A DNA stretch of 59,256 nt, filler included. It is 4 parts of 4 records of this genome, joined end to end, with 100 filler letters (N's around TTAATTAATTAA, not from the genome) between each part and the next. Parts side by side here need not be neighbours in the genome. Positions count along the whole stretch, not along the records: positions 23,423 to 44,938 come from SRR20825019_369; 3 more parts are not named here. One strand, written 5' to 3'. Under the pieces are notes generated by a model. The model ran no database searches. It saw only the letters and a list, made by a program, of their open reading frames with translations, and was not told the DNA's origin. Shown piece after piece: positions 29,185 to 41,853 of this stretch (its first letter is position 1; each line of letters begins with the position of its first letter). Position numbers and translations under genes: made by a program.

Positions 29185-29777
29185 CATCGTTTGCTGCTTC
29201 TCAATATATATTCTTCTTTCATTTTTGGCTCACCAGACTCCTCTCTCCCTTCGATGATGCCGCAATCAATTGATCATACTGATGAGAGATGTGACGGCGC
29301 TGTTCCGTGGGGCCCGCCGAGCGCCGCTCTGGGGAGGCGGGCGTCGGGTCGAAGCCGGAGGGGCTTCCGAGGGCCGCCCGGCCCGGCGCCCGGCGCCCGC
29401 GCGGCCCCGCCGCGGCGACCCGCCCGGTCAAGTCGGATCACCCGACTCGCTTGGCCCACCCGGGCCTGGGGCCGGCGCGCCGCCGCCGCTGGGAGGTCGG
29501 TCCGGCAGGCCGCGCCGTGCCATCCCGGCGTCCGCCGGACCAGACGTTCCGGAGGCCAGGGCGGGCCCGTCCGTCAACGACCACCTTGGACCCCCGGCTT
29601 CCACACCACGGTGGCGGACGGCTTGCCCGGCTGGTTCCACTACAATGACTTCAGTCCTCGCGAGCACGTGGTGCGCACGGCGCTGAACTGACGCTGGTCA
29701 ATACTGTTGGCTCGCGGAGCGTACATGATACATAGTTTAAAGGATTTAGTTCTGACATTGTAGGAAAGGGCAAAGAT

Positions 29778-31279
29778 ATGACCGAGAAGGACGAAGGTAT
29801 TCAACTGACTGAGTTGGTGCATATGATTACTTTAGTTTTAATAGCCTCTTTTTGATCTATGTTAGAGTTTGAGTCTTTGCTTGCGATATACGACGAAGAA
29901 GAAATTGATATTGACCGAGTGAAGGATACTGTGACAGTGTATGGCGCTATTGCTTCTTAATAATTTTGTTTTGATTTAGACGTCACTCACTCGCTCAAAA
30001 CAGCCACGTTCGGCCGAAAACGTGTTCAGACTCCACATCTCATCATGTTCGGGCAGATTTGGTTATGTCCTTAGGAAAGAGTGTATGTTGTATGGGATGC
30101 CTAAAATGATTTCAGTTGTTTATTATTATTATTGGCAGTATCCGTTAGAGCCTCCTAGCATCGAAGTTCGTAACGTTCGCGGTGTCGACGAAAGACAGGT
30201 CGATAGAATATTACAGTCCCTGCGAGAACTCGCTGTCAACAGTTCTGGAGATTGTATGCTCTTTGGTATTATTGAGGTATGAATGTTTTTGCATGGCCAT
30301 AGGACTGGGCATAACAAAGATTCATCTCAGGCATGTAAAGATTCTTATACAGAACTAAATGAGTCTGCCGCATGCTACATATGCATGGAGGACCTTAATC
30401 AAGGAAGTTCTCGAGGAATTATATCTCGATGCCTACATTCATATCATACCCTATGTATTTGCAAGTAAGCCTGACTGTTGTGATGTACTCGGGAGGTTTG
30501 GATATCATTTCTAATCCCTGTGCTAGCTGGTGGGCTCAATGCGAGTCCAATGAAATGGAAAGGCGAAAGGATGAGATTCCAGACCCAACAAAACCCAATC
30601 AACTTTCTGCCATTGGATGTCCGGTGTGTCGAGAGCATATTTCTGAGGAGGACATCGAATCATGGGGGCTTTCTGGCATGTTGAAAGAATGTCGAACAAA
30701 GGGAGGTTTACTGACCAAAGGAGAGAGCTTAGCCGTAGTTGAGATCCCACCTATTGTAAAGAAATGGCAGGAAGAGATGAATGCTCTCGCGAAGATGAGG
30801 GTATCCCCACGACATGAAATTCGTTTCTTCTCTTAGCTAATATTCTGGTGCAGGAGGCACGGGGTGACATGACGCCTATCCCCACGGAAACAAAAGTAGG
30901 AGACATGGCATTTGTTCATCAGTATGGTCGTGCTACTACGCCGCCTCCTGTTGTACCGAATGAGGGCGCAGGAACCAATGCGAACGTGCCTTCTGTTAGC
31001 AAAGCGCGGGGGTCAAGCGGCCACGTTGATTCCCATAGACCGGAATCTGCCCCTGCCACTGTTCATAATGCAAGGGGACGTGGGCGTGGGAATGACCGTG
31101 GGGGCAAGCGCCCATCGAGGGGCAAACCTGAACCATCAGACACAAGGGCAGCTTCTGGGAAATCGGAAGGCATCTCCGGGTCGGAAGATTCACGCACAAC
31201 CCGGGGGCGAGGGAGAGGACGCGGCTGGGGGCGAGGGAGAGGAAGAGGGCGAGAAAGCAATGCAAGTAACGCGGGCTAG
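29778..31279 (+). CDS. RWD + RING E3 ligase, RNF25-like (multi-exon)
   Basis: Spliced EFESLLAIY...YPLEPP (RWD), CYICMED...CLHSYHTLC...CPVCRE (RING); RG-repeat C-terminus. Confidence 0.82.
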
Positions 31280-31380
31280 CCCAGAAAGATAGACGTTCAT
31301 GATATCCAGACTTCATTCCTTTCGAGCAAAGCATTTGATATATCTCATCTTGAAACGCTGCGCAATACGTCGAGGCTATT

Positions 31381-32544
31381 TTATGCTTCTATGCGTCCCT
31401 CTATTGTGTTGGTATCAGCAACATCCCCATTCGCGTTTTGTTCGTGTTTGCTGTCGTCAAAGTAAAACAGCCTATGGTCCAGCTCAGATATAGCATTGTC
31501 CAGAGTTTCTGATTCCACCAAGGTTACATCAGTCGAAAACATACTGCACCAAACTTCCCATTAGAGTGAACCAACAGTCCCACATCACCACACAGTACCT
31601 TAAATAGAACAAACTGATCTTTGCCTTTGCAAGAGGTGCACAAAAGCCGGACACGATTCCCGATGTATTGAACCCAAGAGGTTCGCCCGCAATGTACATC
31701 GCCCGCCAAGATACTGGGTATATCGTCATATATTTGTCATCAAAGAATTCCTTAACCTTGTCATCTACAATGACCGACACCTCATCCTCTGTTTCAGTGA
31801 AACTAAATAATCCCCGCTGAACCTCATCGTTGCCTTTCGAGCAAAATGCAGCCCGCACTGCTGCAAGTATGTTCTCACTACCGCCCGGATTCTTTCTTGA
31901 AAGCTTTCCCAAGAACAAATCTTCTCCCCTCACCCGAACCTTCATCTTATCCTCAACAGTGTCACCAACCTTGTCATTCGTTCCTATCTGCCTTGAGAAG
32001 ATCTCGCTACAGTCTTCCAGCGCCTCCACACTCTCTTCCAAATCTTCCACACCCTCCATGAGCAAGGAAAACCTAGACTGCAACACCTCTACAGCTTTCT
32101 GAACCTCGTGTTCCTTTACAAGAGCGAAGTCGGTTTCAAACGTCGACAAATTCATGATCGATATGTTCGCCTCTGCGAGAGGAGCTGAAATAGACTGAAC
32201 AATTCCTGTCGACGTGTAACCAAAACTTCCCTCCACTATTTGAATGGCCCTCCACACGTCTGTGCTCACTTTCATTGACATATCAGGATATTCCTTCAAC
32301 TCGTCTACCTGCAGCACCACACTGACTTCAGACAAGTTGTCTGTAAACGAGAAGAACTTGTTTTATGTCAGCAACTATAGGGTTTGCCAGGAGTCATACT
32401 CTAATCTCTTACCCTATGCGCGGACGAAGGGAAGGCCATGTGTTTCAAGAACAGGTCGAGGACTCGTCCAGTGTCACTACTTGGAACCGAGGCGATGGCC
32501 AACCGGTATGGCAGGACCGTTATGGATAAATCAGCACTGGCCAT
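31381..32544 (-). CDS. CASTOR/GATSL-like ACT-domain protein (3 exons)
   Basis: Introns 32357-32412 and 31544-31598; FFSFT..EVSVV, WRAIQI, GIVQSISAPLAEANISIMNLSTFETDFALV and a duplicated second half LFSFTETEDEVSVI...GIVSGFCAPLAKAKISLFYLSMFSTD. Confidence 0.85.
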
Positions 32545-33286
32545 ATTGCCCTGCAATGTTGGCATTGGCCAGTGAAACTGAAGTTTGGTTTTGAAACAAA
32601 TATTGAATCCATCAGTGAGTGCGTGTAGTTAAAAGGAGCAAGAACCGATGTCCACACTGTTGGTGGCGGACAACTCAACTGGCAAACGGAAAAATTGAGA
32701 AAACTTGCTCAAACGCGTTCAAGTACAACCCTACCCTCGACTGGTCACTTCAAGGACCGACCGAGTAGACTGAGGTTGGCGCCGGGACTCTTCGGAACCC
32801 TTGCAACTGTGACCCAGGTATGCAGGATCTACGTGACAGAACACTGATGAGCAAGTGAGCATGCTCGCGGTGCGTGGAGGGCGCTAGCCGGGCCGGGCTG
32901 CCCCCCGTCCGCAGCCGCCGGCTCCGAGCCGGAGCGGGGGGACGAAAACTGAAAAAGCAGCAGCGGCCTTCGGAGAGTCGTGTAAATCCCACGGCCGCAG
33001 GTCCCACAGTAGGGCCGACAATCCTCCGCAAATCGCATCGCAAAAGATTCAACGATAATATCGCAATTATGGTCTCAAATAATTTACCAATTGAGACCGA
33101 TAACAGATTGGTGACTTTAAAGCCAAACCGGCGAGTGCTTTAAGAGGGTGGCGTGCCACTCAAAGCGGCAGATCACTAAAATAACAGCATGGCATGCACG
33201 TCACGAGTCGTCCGACTTAAGGCTAGGTTCGATTGGGCCGACCAAGCCTTCGGAGCACATGCTCAGTTGAGAACTGGCTCAGCACA

Positions 33287-34701
33287 TCATTCGGTATTCT
33301 TCTCAACATACTCCTTCCAGAAATCAGGGAGAAATGTGACCTTTTCCGCATCAGCCTGTGTCATCCTCACCCTCCGCTCTTCTGGGCTGAACTCAAGTTC
33401 ATATTGACACCCTTCCTCTGTCGACGACCATAGCCACGACAAAAGCCTACTCTTTCCCGTTTAGTCACACCATACACAGCGAACAAGCAAAACGAACCTC
33501 TCTGTAAAGGACAGACACACCAAAGGATCCCATTTCACTCGATCTTCATTCGCCCTTTGAGGAAGAGAGAGAGTCTCAATCTAAATAAGCCGTCAGCCTG
33601 GATGGGACATGTTGCACACACAAAGATACCATCGTTGCCCCCGTAAGATTGCCATCGAAGTCCCTCCATCCAAACACAATGTTAGGCACTCCAACCAAAT
33701 ATGACTGGATCCATGTTGAGAGTAGCTTAAACCTGAGGTCAACACCCGTCGTGGTCAATCACCATGGGGTCAGAAGAAATGGCAGTGCATTCACCTTTCA
33801 AAACTCCATTTGGGTTTTCCTTCGGGATATACAGATGTCTTCAGTTCCACATAATTGTCCAGTTCAGGGGATTTAGTTCCCTTCATGGGATCATAACAGT
33901 CAATTTCTGCAGCGAGGATGACCCTTAAAAAGAAAAGATCGTGAATACCATGATGACCATCATAACAAAAAAGGAGTACCTGTGATTCTGGAGTCTAGCC
34001 TGCACTATACTACAGAATTCCTCATTGGGGTTAACCTTATCAGACTCGCTAGCGCCAGTGCACAAGTTCTCAAATTTGTACCTGATGAACCTACAGTTAA
34101 TACACTTTCATAGGAAGTGCTGTTTCGCGATTACCCCCAAAAAGTCTGCAGTTTCTGTCGTTCTGTCTCGTTCTTGGGACGACCCGAGTCACATATATTC
34201 ATATAAATACACGACTTCCATCTATGAATCTCGATCCTCCAACTGTCTTTGTCGTTGTATGGGGCTCCCATAATTTTGTTGAAGTTATTCCTGAACGACA
34301 AAAACCTCACCCCTGCTTTTGCAATCTGTCCTCATAAATCAGCTTCACAAACAGCAATAGTTGACTACACTCACATCAAAGCCAGCACTCTTCAAAGATT
34401 CTAAAATAGGGTTGATATTAAAGCCTCTGGAGCTATCTTTTTCCACATAGAGATCAGGATATCCATCACCTAAGTTGGCCCTGATATCAGGGAACACGAG
34501 CTCCCTCTGAAAGAGCAATGTTTGTCACACCATTGATAAATATTAGGGGCAGATCCACAATACCATGGGCTTCTTATCTCCAGGATGGACTCCACCATCT
34601 GCGTCTCTCGTGAAACATGTGAGCTCTGTTGGCTGTGTGTAAGTGATGTTACGGCGAGGCTGACTTTCATCCCGAACGCTAAGAAAGATACTGTTGCTCA
34701 T
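33287..34701 (-). CDS. DXO/Rai1 decapping exoribonuclease (multi-exon; largely missed by ORF track)
   Basis: Spliced QPTELTCF, FRNNFNKIMGAPY, WG-YKFE, AEIDC, VELKT, KLLSTWIQSYLVGVPNIVFGWRD. Confidence 0.88.
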
Positions 34702-35365
34702 CGGGTTGTACAAACTGTGTATTCATCGAATAGCGGGAAACTATAAAACACCAACAGCAAAGGCTAAAGCAGCTGTTTGGATCGCAACGTTCACGGGCGT
34801 GTGATGGCCCATGACCGACCACTCGCGCAAGACCCGTTCCCTCTGCGGTCATCCAGTGGGCCGCCGCGGGGGGCCGCGGACGGCTACGGCATCATTCATG
34901 GTCAGGGGCACCGGCACCCGCCCCGTCCGGCCAAGACTTTGGCGCGCGCGGGGCCCTCGGCCCAACGGCTCGGACACCAGTCATCCGCAGGCTTACGGAA
35001 ATCTGGAATCCGTACTGGTGGGGGCTCGGATGTGGTTTGCTCTCATTCGCTCTCAGTGGGACTCTAAATATGGTTACCACCCAGCTTCGGTGCAAATTTG
35101 AAGGTCGAACCAAGGATGCGACGCTTCGGGCGAGCGGTTCGTTTGGTCAGGAGACTCTCGCTCCCGCCAAGCACTCGCTAGAGAGGCTGGCACAAGCCAC
35201 CAGCAGGCCGGCATCCAAGATTGGCGGCGATCATGACCCACAAATGAACGCAAAGGCCGTGCCCACCCGAAGCATGACGCTGATAGCCTGTGGGAGCTGC
35301 ATAGAGATATTTGATGTCATCCTGCAAGGTAAAAGTGCAAGAACGCACGCAGCGTTGCGGTAACG

Positions 35366-37826
35366 ATGGGCGACCGAGGAATCACGGTTTTATCTTTTGT
35401 TGTCGTCACTTGTGCCTTGTTCTGGGTGTACACTGACGCAAGGGGAAGCGAGGCGATTCAGCTGGGTTCCAACATGCTGGGGAGGTCCCTTTTAACTGAT
35501 GTCCCCGATGCTATCAAAGATGACCTTGCCAATGATGTGGAGTTCGCTTACCTGGGATTGTTTGATGACAGCGCGTGCACAGAGTCACCCATTGACTATG
35601 CGTATGCTATTGGAGTTTGCCATGAAGACTACATCATGCCGGTTAAAGTTTCGGATACTGAGTTACGGCTTGACTCGTATCCAGCAAGCTCTGGTTGTAC
35701 CGGGGTCGTCTCTGCATCAACGACCTACACAGACTCTTGTGATGGCAATCGGTATAGGTTGTATGGCATCAGCACAGCGAAGCCGTGGGACCAGTCCTTG
35801 ACTACTCAAAGTGTTAAAAGTGCCTCTCTTCGTTTCACAGACACAACATGTGGAGTTCGCGAAAAATACTACTTTATTCCCATTCCATACACATGGTGAG
35901 TTGCCTAGAAATTTGATGCGGGTGGATGTGAGGGGACTGACAAAGTTATTCAGTGGTGACCCGATTGCTGGGCACCTCTTGGAAGCTACGGTTGTTGAAG
36001 CGGAGCAGGGGTATCGAACCACAACTTATTCTGACTCCACGTGCAGTACGGCCACAAGTGACATCTACTATAAGATGTGGGAATGCACAGTGACATCGTT
36101 AGGGACCACATCGGCGATTGCGATAACAGGAGATGTGGGAACTGGCGAGATTCTCGCAACGACGATTACATCAGTGGCCGCGACCTCTGTGGCTGCTGCC
36201 GTGACCACATCTGTGGTAACAGGAAGTGTGTCCGGTACCACGGGGGTTGGAGGTGGAGCCGCTGGAGGTGCGCAGGCGGGGCAAGCCACTGGTACAACAG
36301 GGCCTAGTGGGCAATCGTCGTCGTCTGCTGGGCCCATTTTGGAGCTGTTCCATGCAATGCAAATGGTCAGCGTAATTCATTCGCTGGGGTTCCTGTCGAC
36401 TGGTGGCGTTGGAGCCATGGCAAAGAACTTGGCTTGGGCAAATGTGTACTTTGATCCACCCTTCGCCGTTGAGGAAAGCACAGTGTCTTCATCTAGGCGA
36501 CTCTTCTTCACGAGTAACTTGGCCAATCCCAATGCCTCCAATTCATCATCTCAGTTTATCGGGAACTTGTTTTGGATTGCTGTGATTGGGGCCATGCTCC
36601 TCTTCGTGCACTTACTCGTAATCGGATGCCACACGGCCGCAAAATACGCTATTGCAAAATCTTTTAAGCGACAGCCAGCTCGAACCCCGGGTTGGATTCT
36701 CTTTCCAAAGTGGGAGATGGTGTTCTTGCTTGTGATTTTTCCCGGGCTGGCGCTGTCTTCCGCCCAAGCAGTGCGTTCATTTGATCATCGAGTCTCTTAC
36801 GTTGCAATCCTAGTCTTGTTGGTCCTCCCGTCGATACCTTTGTGTTTGCTGGGCATAGTGTGCTTTGGATCACGCAAGAAAGTCAGCTACTCCAAGATCC
36901 CCGACAGGTGGCTGGTGGTGCATCCAAAGGAGGGCCTCCAAGTTCTCAAGGAATCCCTTCTGCATCCTCGTATTTTTTTGGGTCGATGCAAGCCTGGAGG
37001 TTGGTCTCGTTTCCATGAGACCGCGCCAGTGACGGGTCAGTGGCGTGGAGACGGCGAAGAGGGCTCCCGCTGGCTCCAGCGATGGGATTTTGCTATCTCC
37101 GACTACACCCGTCTGTGCAGGTACTTCATTGTGTATGATCTAGTGGGCAAGTACCTTCGGGCGTTGGTCATTGGACTCCTCGTGGGATTTGGGGGATCCG
37201 CATACCTGTCTTGGGCTTTGGTATTTCTGTGGAACATAATGGAATTCCTTTTGAGGTTGTCTTTACGGATCAAGAACAAGAAAATGTCGCAGACACTCGC
37301 GGCTGGATCCTCATTCTTCTTCACTTGCGCAATCGGAATTTCCGGGTTGCAAACTTCATCTGATGGAGTGGTATTGTTTCCTGAGGTGTCTAGTGGCAAA
37401 CTCGATGCTGCCTTGATGTCCTTTGTATTTATTGCGATTGCAATCCGAATTGTAGAAGTACTCATCCAGCCCTTAGGGATTTTTTTGGCAGCAATTCCTT
37501 TGGTTGTGCGTCCCGTCGCTGAAGTGATACTTTCTAGTAGGTCTAAGGGAGGTGCGCCCAATAAGAAGACAGATGCCCACGCGGACATGTGCGCCGTGCC
37601 ATCTGAAGAAGGCGTCCCGAGTATTACAATGTCAGTAGATTTGGATTCTTCCGATTGTGTGTCAAGGGAGAGTTGTGAAGAGGATGATACGAGGCCCTTG
37701 TCGAAACCAGCCCGCACCACTTCGCCAGTTTCGTACACCGGGAAGACGGGTCTTGTCACGAGTTGCTTTGGCGGCGCCTTCAGCCCAAAATCTTCATCAA
37801 CAGATGATGGCGAGGATTTTGTGTGA
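35366..37826 (+). CDS. Signal peptide + Cys-rich ectodomain + multi-pass TRP/Flc-like membrane protein (2 exons)
   Basis: Intron 35896-35953 joins ORFs 35366 and 35811; Thr/Ala/Gly-rich segment then Q-x-x-x-x-I/L...LAWAN motif and several TM helices; family assignment tentative. Confidence 0.65.
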
Positions 37827-37874
37827 GAAATTCAGATGGCGCATGACTGAGGCTATATAAGCAAGCATCGGTCT

Positions 37875-40800
37875 TTACTTCAGTTCCGCGTTCTTCTTTG
37901 ACAGATAATCAATGAGCTCAGCACGAGGGACGGTATCCTGAGTCTTCTTGGCCATGTCCTTCACCTGGACAGTACCCTCCTTAACTTCGGTTTCTCCAAT
38001 GATACACACGAACGGAATTTGGTTCTCCAACACGTAAGTCAGCTGCTTATCCATGTTGGGATTATCCTTCAGCATATATTCGGCCTGTGGATTTGTATGA
38101 ATGAAACGCACTAAAATTAAAAGGGGTCACTTACCGCAAACTTGCCATCCCACAAAAGCTTACAAAGCTTCAGCCTTTCAAGGACCATTCCTTTCCCAGC
38201 CGAGGCAACATATACTGTCGTGTGGTTCTTGCGTGCGGTGCCCTCCTGATTCCGCTCCATAATGGCGAACACACGCTCGATGCCCACGCTCACACCGACA
38301 CAGGGAACCTGCTTGTTGCCGAACATACCAACAAGGTTGTCGTAACGGCCACCAGCAGCAATTGAGCCAACGCCATCCACGTTCACCATAACAGTCTCAT
38401 AGATGATGCCAGTATAGTAGTCCAATCCACGGGCAAGAGAGAGGTCAAAGGACAGCCGATTCAAGCAACCGAATGCATCCAGGTAGTCGAACAGAAGGCG
38501 CATATCCTCCAGGGCCTCCCTGGCGTCCTTGTTGTCCCCAAACATGTTCTGAGAAGTAAGCTTCTCATACATCTCGCGGGCACCTCCCTTGTGCATGACA
38601 AACTTCTCGATCTGGTCCGCAGATTCTTCAGGGAGACCCTTTTCATTGACCATTTCATCCTTGACAGCGGACCATGGCTCCTTGTCCAGTTTGTCGATGG
38701 CACTGCAGATTGGGCGGAATTTGGAAGCAGGCACACCACAAATTGCAAGAACGGCGTCAAGAATCCTCCTGTGGTTGATCTTGACAACATAGTCTCCAAT
38801 GGACAACTCATCCAAAGTCTCGGTGAGAATCTGTAAGATCTCAGCATCGGCCTGCATGCGGCCAAACTCTCCGGCAATATCAATATCGCACTGGTAGAAT
38901 TCACGGAAACGGCCGCGGTTCATGGCAGGGTTATCACGGCGATACACACGAGCAATGTGATACCTCTTAATTTCTCCAATGCCGTTCATAGCCACGTACC
39001 GGGCGAAAGGCACGGTCAGGTCATAACGCAACGCGAGCATCTCCCCACCCTGGTCCGCAAGATCGTAGATGAGCTTGGAGTCCTCACCATACTTTCCAGT
39101 CAGTGTCTCCTTCAGTTCAAACACTGGGGTATCGAGCTGAATGGCTCCATGACGTTTGAAGACATCTGTGATGATCCTGAATGCTCTCTCACGAATGACC
39201 ATCTGGGCTCCGGCGTAGTCACGGGTGCCCTTCGCAATCTTAGGCTTGCGATGGACGTGGGAAGTGTCCAAGAATCCATCAATGGTATCGCGAAGCTTCT
39301 TATCGTGGGGGTTCAGAGCATTGTGTACCCTCTGGCAAGCCTCTAGGCAAGCACTATTATCCCCGGAAATAATCTCGAAGTTCGCCATCTCGATAATTTT
39401 CTTGCGGAACTCGCGGGTCATCCTGCCAAGGATCTCCTTTTCTTTTTCCTTCTTCTCCTTGCCCTTCTTCTTGTCCTTCTTGTCGTCAATCTTCATGTCC
39501 TTCATCTTCTCGTCAACAGCAGCATACGGTTGCTTACCCTCGGCGGCCTTCTCTTGAAGGTTCTCTTGCGGGCTCTTCTTGGGCTTGAGTTTTGCAGCGC
39601 GGAGGATCTCAATTCCTTGCAAGGCAACGACACACTCTCTCGAAAGTTGTCTTCTCATAGTCTCCATTGCTTCCAAAGCCTTAAGAGCAACCTCCATATC
39701 GCATGAGGAAAACTCCAAGTTCTCAAAATTGCGAGCGCAGTCGGCTGATTCCTCAACAAGGACGGCCACCCCCTGCGTTGAAGATGATGATGTCTCAGCG
39801 GGAAGAAGATTCTTTTGAAGCCCAAGTCCTGCTGGAGCGTCGGCCATCTTTTGCAAGCGAGCAGAGCTGTTCTGCACGATTGGCATGGCCGCACGTCGAA
39901 GGGCATTCAATGGCCCCTGAATCGAGGCGGTGCTAGTGGGGCCAGTGCACTTTGAAGATTCAGTGTGAGGGCCAGACTCACTGGAATTGAACTCAACCCG
40001 GATTGGTGCGACCATGGCGGCAGCTTGGTCACGGAAGGCCCCGTGAATGCTAGGAGTGCAGCGAAGGAATTCCTCATCCTTAACGGCGTCCTTGGCATTC
40101 CTGCTGCCCGCAAGCTTAGAGGCCTCAAGGAGGGTGCGCAGGTTCTCAGCGACACTGCAGGCGCCCTTATGGGGACGGTTGGTATCATGGTGCACATCAT
40201 TGAAGGGCTCCAGGTGAGCGTGGAGAACCTCGCATGAGAGGGCAGCAACACAGTCGACAAGCGGGGCCATGTCCTTCACACCGCCGTCAGAATGATCCAA
40301 GCACTAGGTTTTGTGGTTCTATGAGCCTCACCTTAGCAGTCTCCAGGGCCAAAACACCAATGGCGGCAACACCGCTTGATGTGAAGGTCATGGAGTCAAT
40401 TTCTTGCTGGGTTAATGGCAGAGGCTTCAGACCTGCCTTTTCCAGAGCCGCCTTGACACTGGAGCTCTCGTGCAGGCACCTTTCACCTCCAGCCAGAGCG
40501 CGGGCAACGCCGAGAGTAGAGTTGTTGTGGCCAGCATTAACCTGGCATGGTGGTTAGAGACACACATAAGCAATATCTGAGCAACCACGACCGCACACAC
40601 CCTGGGCACAATGTTCTTGTTCAACATGTCACAGAGCAATCGAACTGCCTCAGGGCGAACGTGCGACTTGCTCTTTAGCAGGCGAATCATCATTGAGAAC
40701 ATCACCGCTCGTGTGCACTCCTCATCAAGACCCTTACGGAGGTGTGTTGGATCTGAGGTCTCCTCGCTAACACTAGCAGCAACAGCACTTCCAGCTTAGT

Positions 40801-40975
40801 CTGGAGTCAGATTCACATATTCATCCGACAAATTAAACTTACGGGGGCCCCTGATATCCTTAAGCTTGGCCTCAGCAGAAGGATCCAGGACGACTACGGC
40901 TTTATGCAGAGCCACTGCGACAACCGCGGACCCAGGGATATTCCCGTCCGCTCCAATCGTCACCTTAGAAGACAT
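37875..40975 (-). CDS. HARS: Cytosolic histidyl-tRNA synthetase with N-terminal HAL-like domain (multi-exon)
   Basis: [49 protein letters not shown]-terminal exons match the ammonia-lyase fold; last intron 38085-38134. Confidence 0.95.
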
Positions 40976-41853
40976 TGTTCTCCGGTTCATCAAGGAAAAA
41001 ATTTAATGGGTACTTATTTTAGTGTGTGGAGCCAAACTCACAGTCTCGTCCGTCTGCTGCGGCCACTCCGCGAGGCGGCGGTCGGACTAGCGTCTTGGGC
41101 CAAACGAATCAACCCAGCAGCAGTCATGTCCAAGCAGAGCCAGTAACAAGGCAGGTCAGTGGCTAGCTTCGACTCCGATCGCCTCCGGCCGGTGTTATGT
41201 TGATCGATCCGGTCTCCTGCTCGGACCCGCCTGTGGATGGATTGACAGTGATGTTGGACAGCGTCCGTCACCCAGCCGCCGCGCGCGAGGCCCGGTGCCC
41301 CCGCCGGAGGACCGGACAGGACCATCGGACGACGGTACGGTTCCGGACTGATGACTGGATGAACGGTCCCGGGCCCGTGCCAGAGCGCGAGGACGGTGCT
41401 GATGACGAGGACCGGGCCGGCGCCCGGCAGCCGGGCGGCGGCGGCGCCCCGCGCAGCGGGGCCGGGCCGGGGCGCGACGGGCCGGGCGAGTGCCCGCGTG
41501 CCGTCGATCATCAGTCGCGCCGACGGCGCGCGGCGGCCGCCGCGGCGGCCGGCAGTCAACAAGAACCCGCAGCACGGCATCGTGCCGGTGCCAAGTTTAG
41601 GCACGGAGTCAGGTTTTGGCGTCGACGTTAATTTTGTAGTCAGATCATTATCGGAGGATTGATGAGTTTCCCGGGGCCGACCGGACCGTCGGAAATCAGT
41701 GATGACTGCAGCCCGGCGTACCCGGTTCCGGCCCGTCCCGGGGCCGGGCAGTGAGAGAAGGCCGGCCGCGCGGCACGGTCACCGAGTTTCATCTACTAGG
41801 GTTGGATAAAGCTGTCTTGGGTGGTTTGAAGGATGTGAGCACAGCATGACTTC

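Noticed and set aside
29191-29691. Arg/Pro/Gly-rich ORFs in GC blocks (also 41038-41662, 27154-27530)
   Set aside because: Open in several frames at once because of extreme GC; no protein-like signal; better explained as promoter islands.
32640-32825. Minus-strand ATACCTGG and AATTTTT hinting at U1 snRNA
   Set aside because: Lacks the full ACTTACCTG end, the conserved U1 loops and a proper Sm site.
40796-40993. Premature stops in eukaryotic ORFs (HisRS N-terminus, DXO, PanB) suggesting pseudogenes or a variant genetic code
   Set aside because: The interruptions I traced fall inside short GT-AG introns whose removal restores the frame under the standard code.
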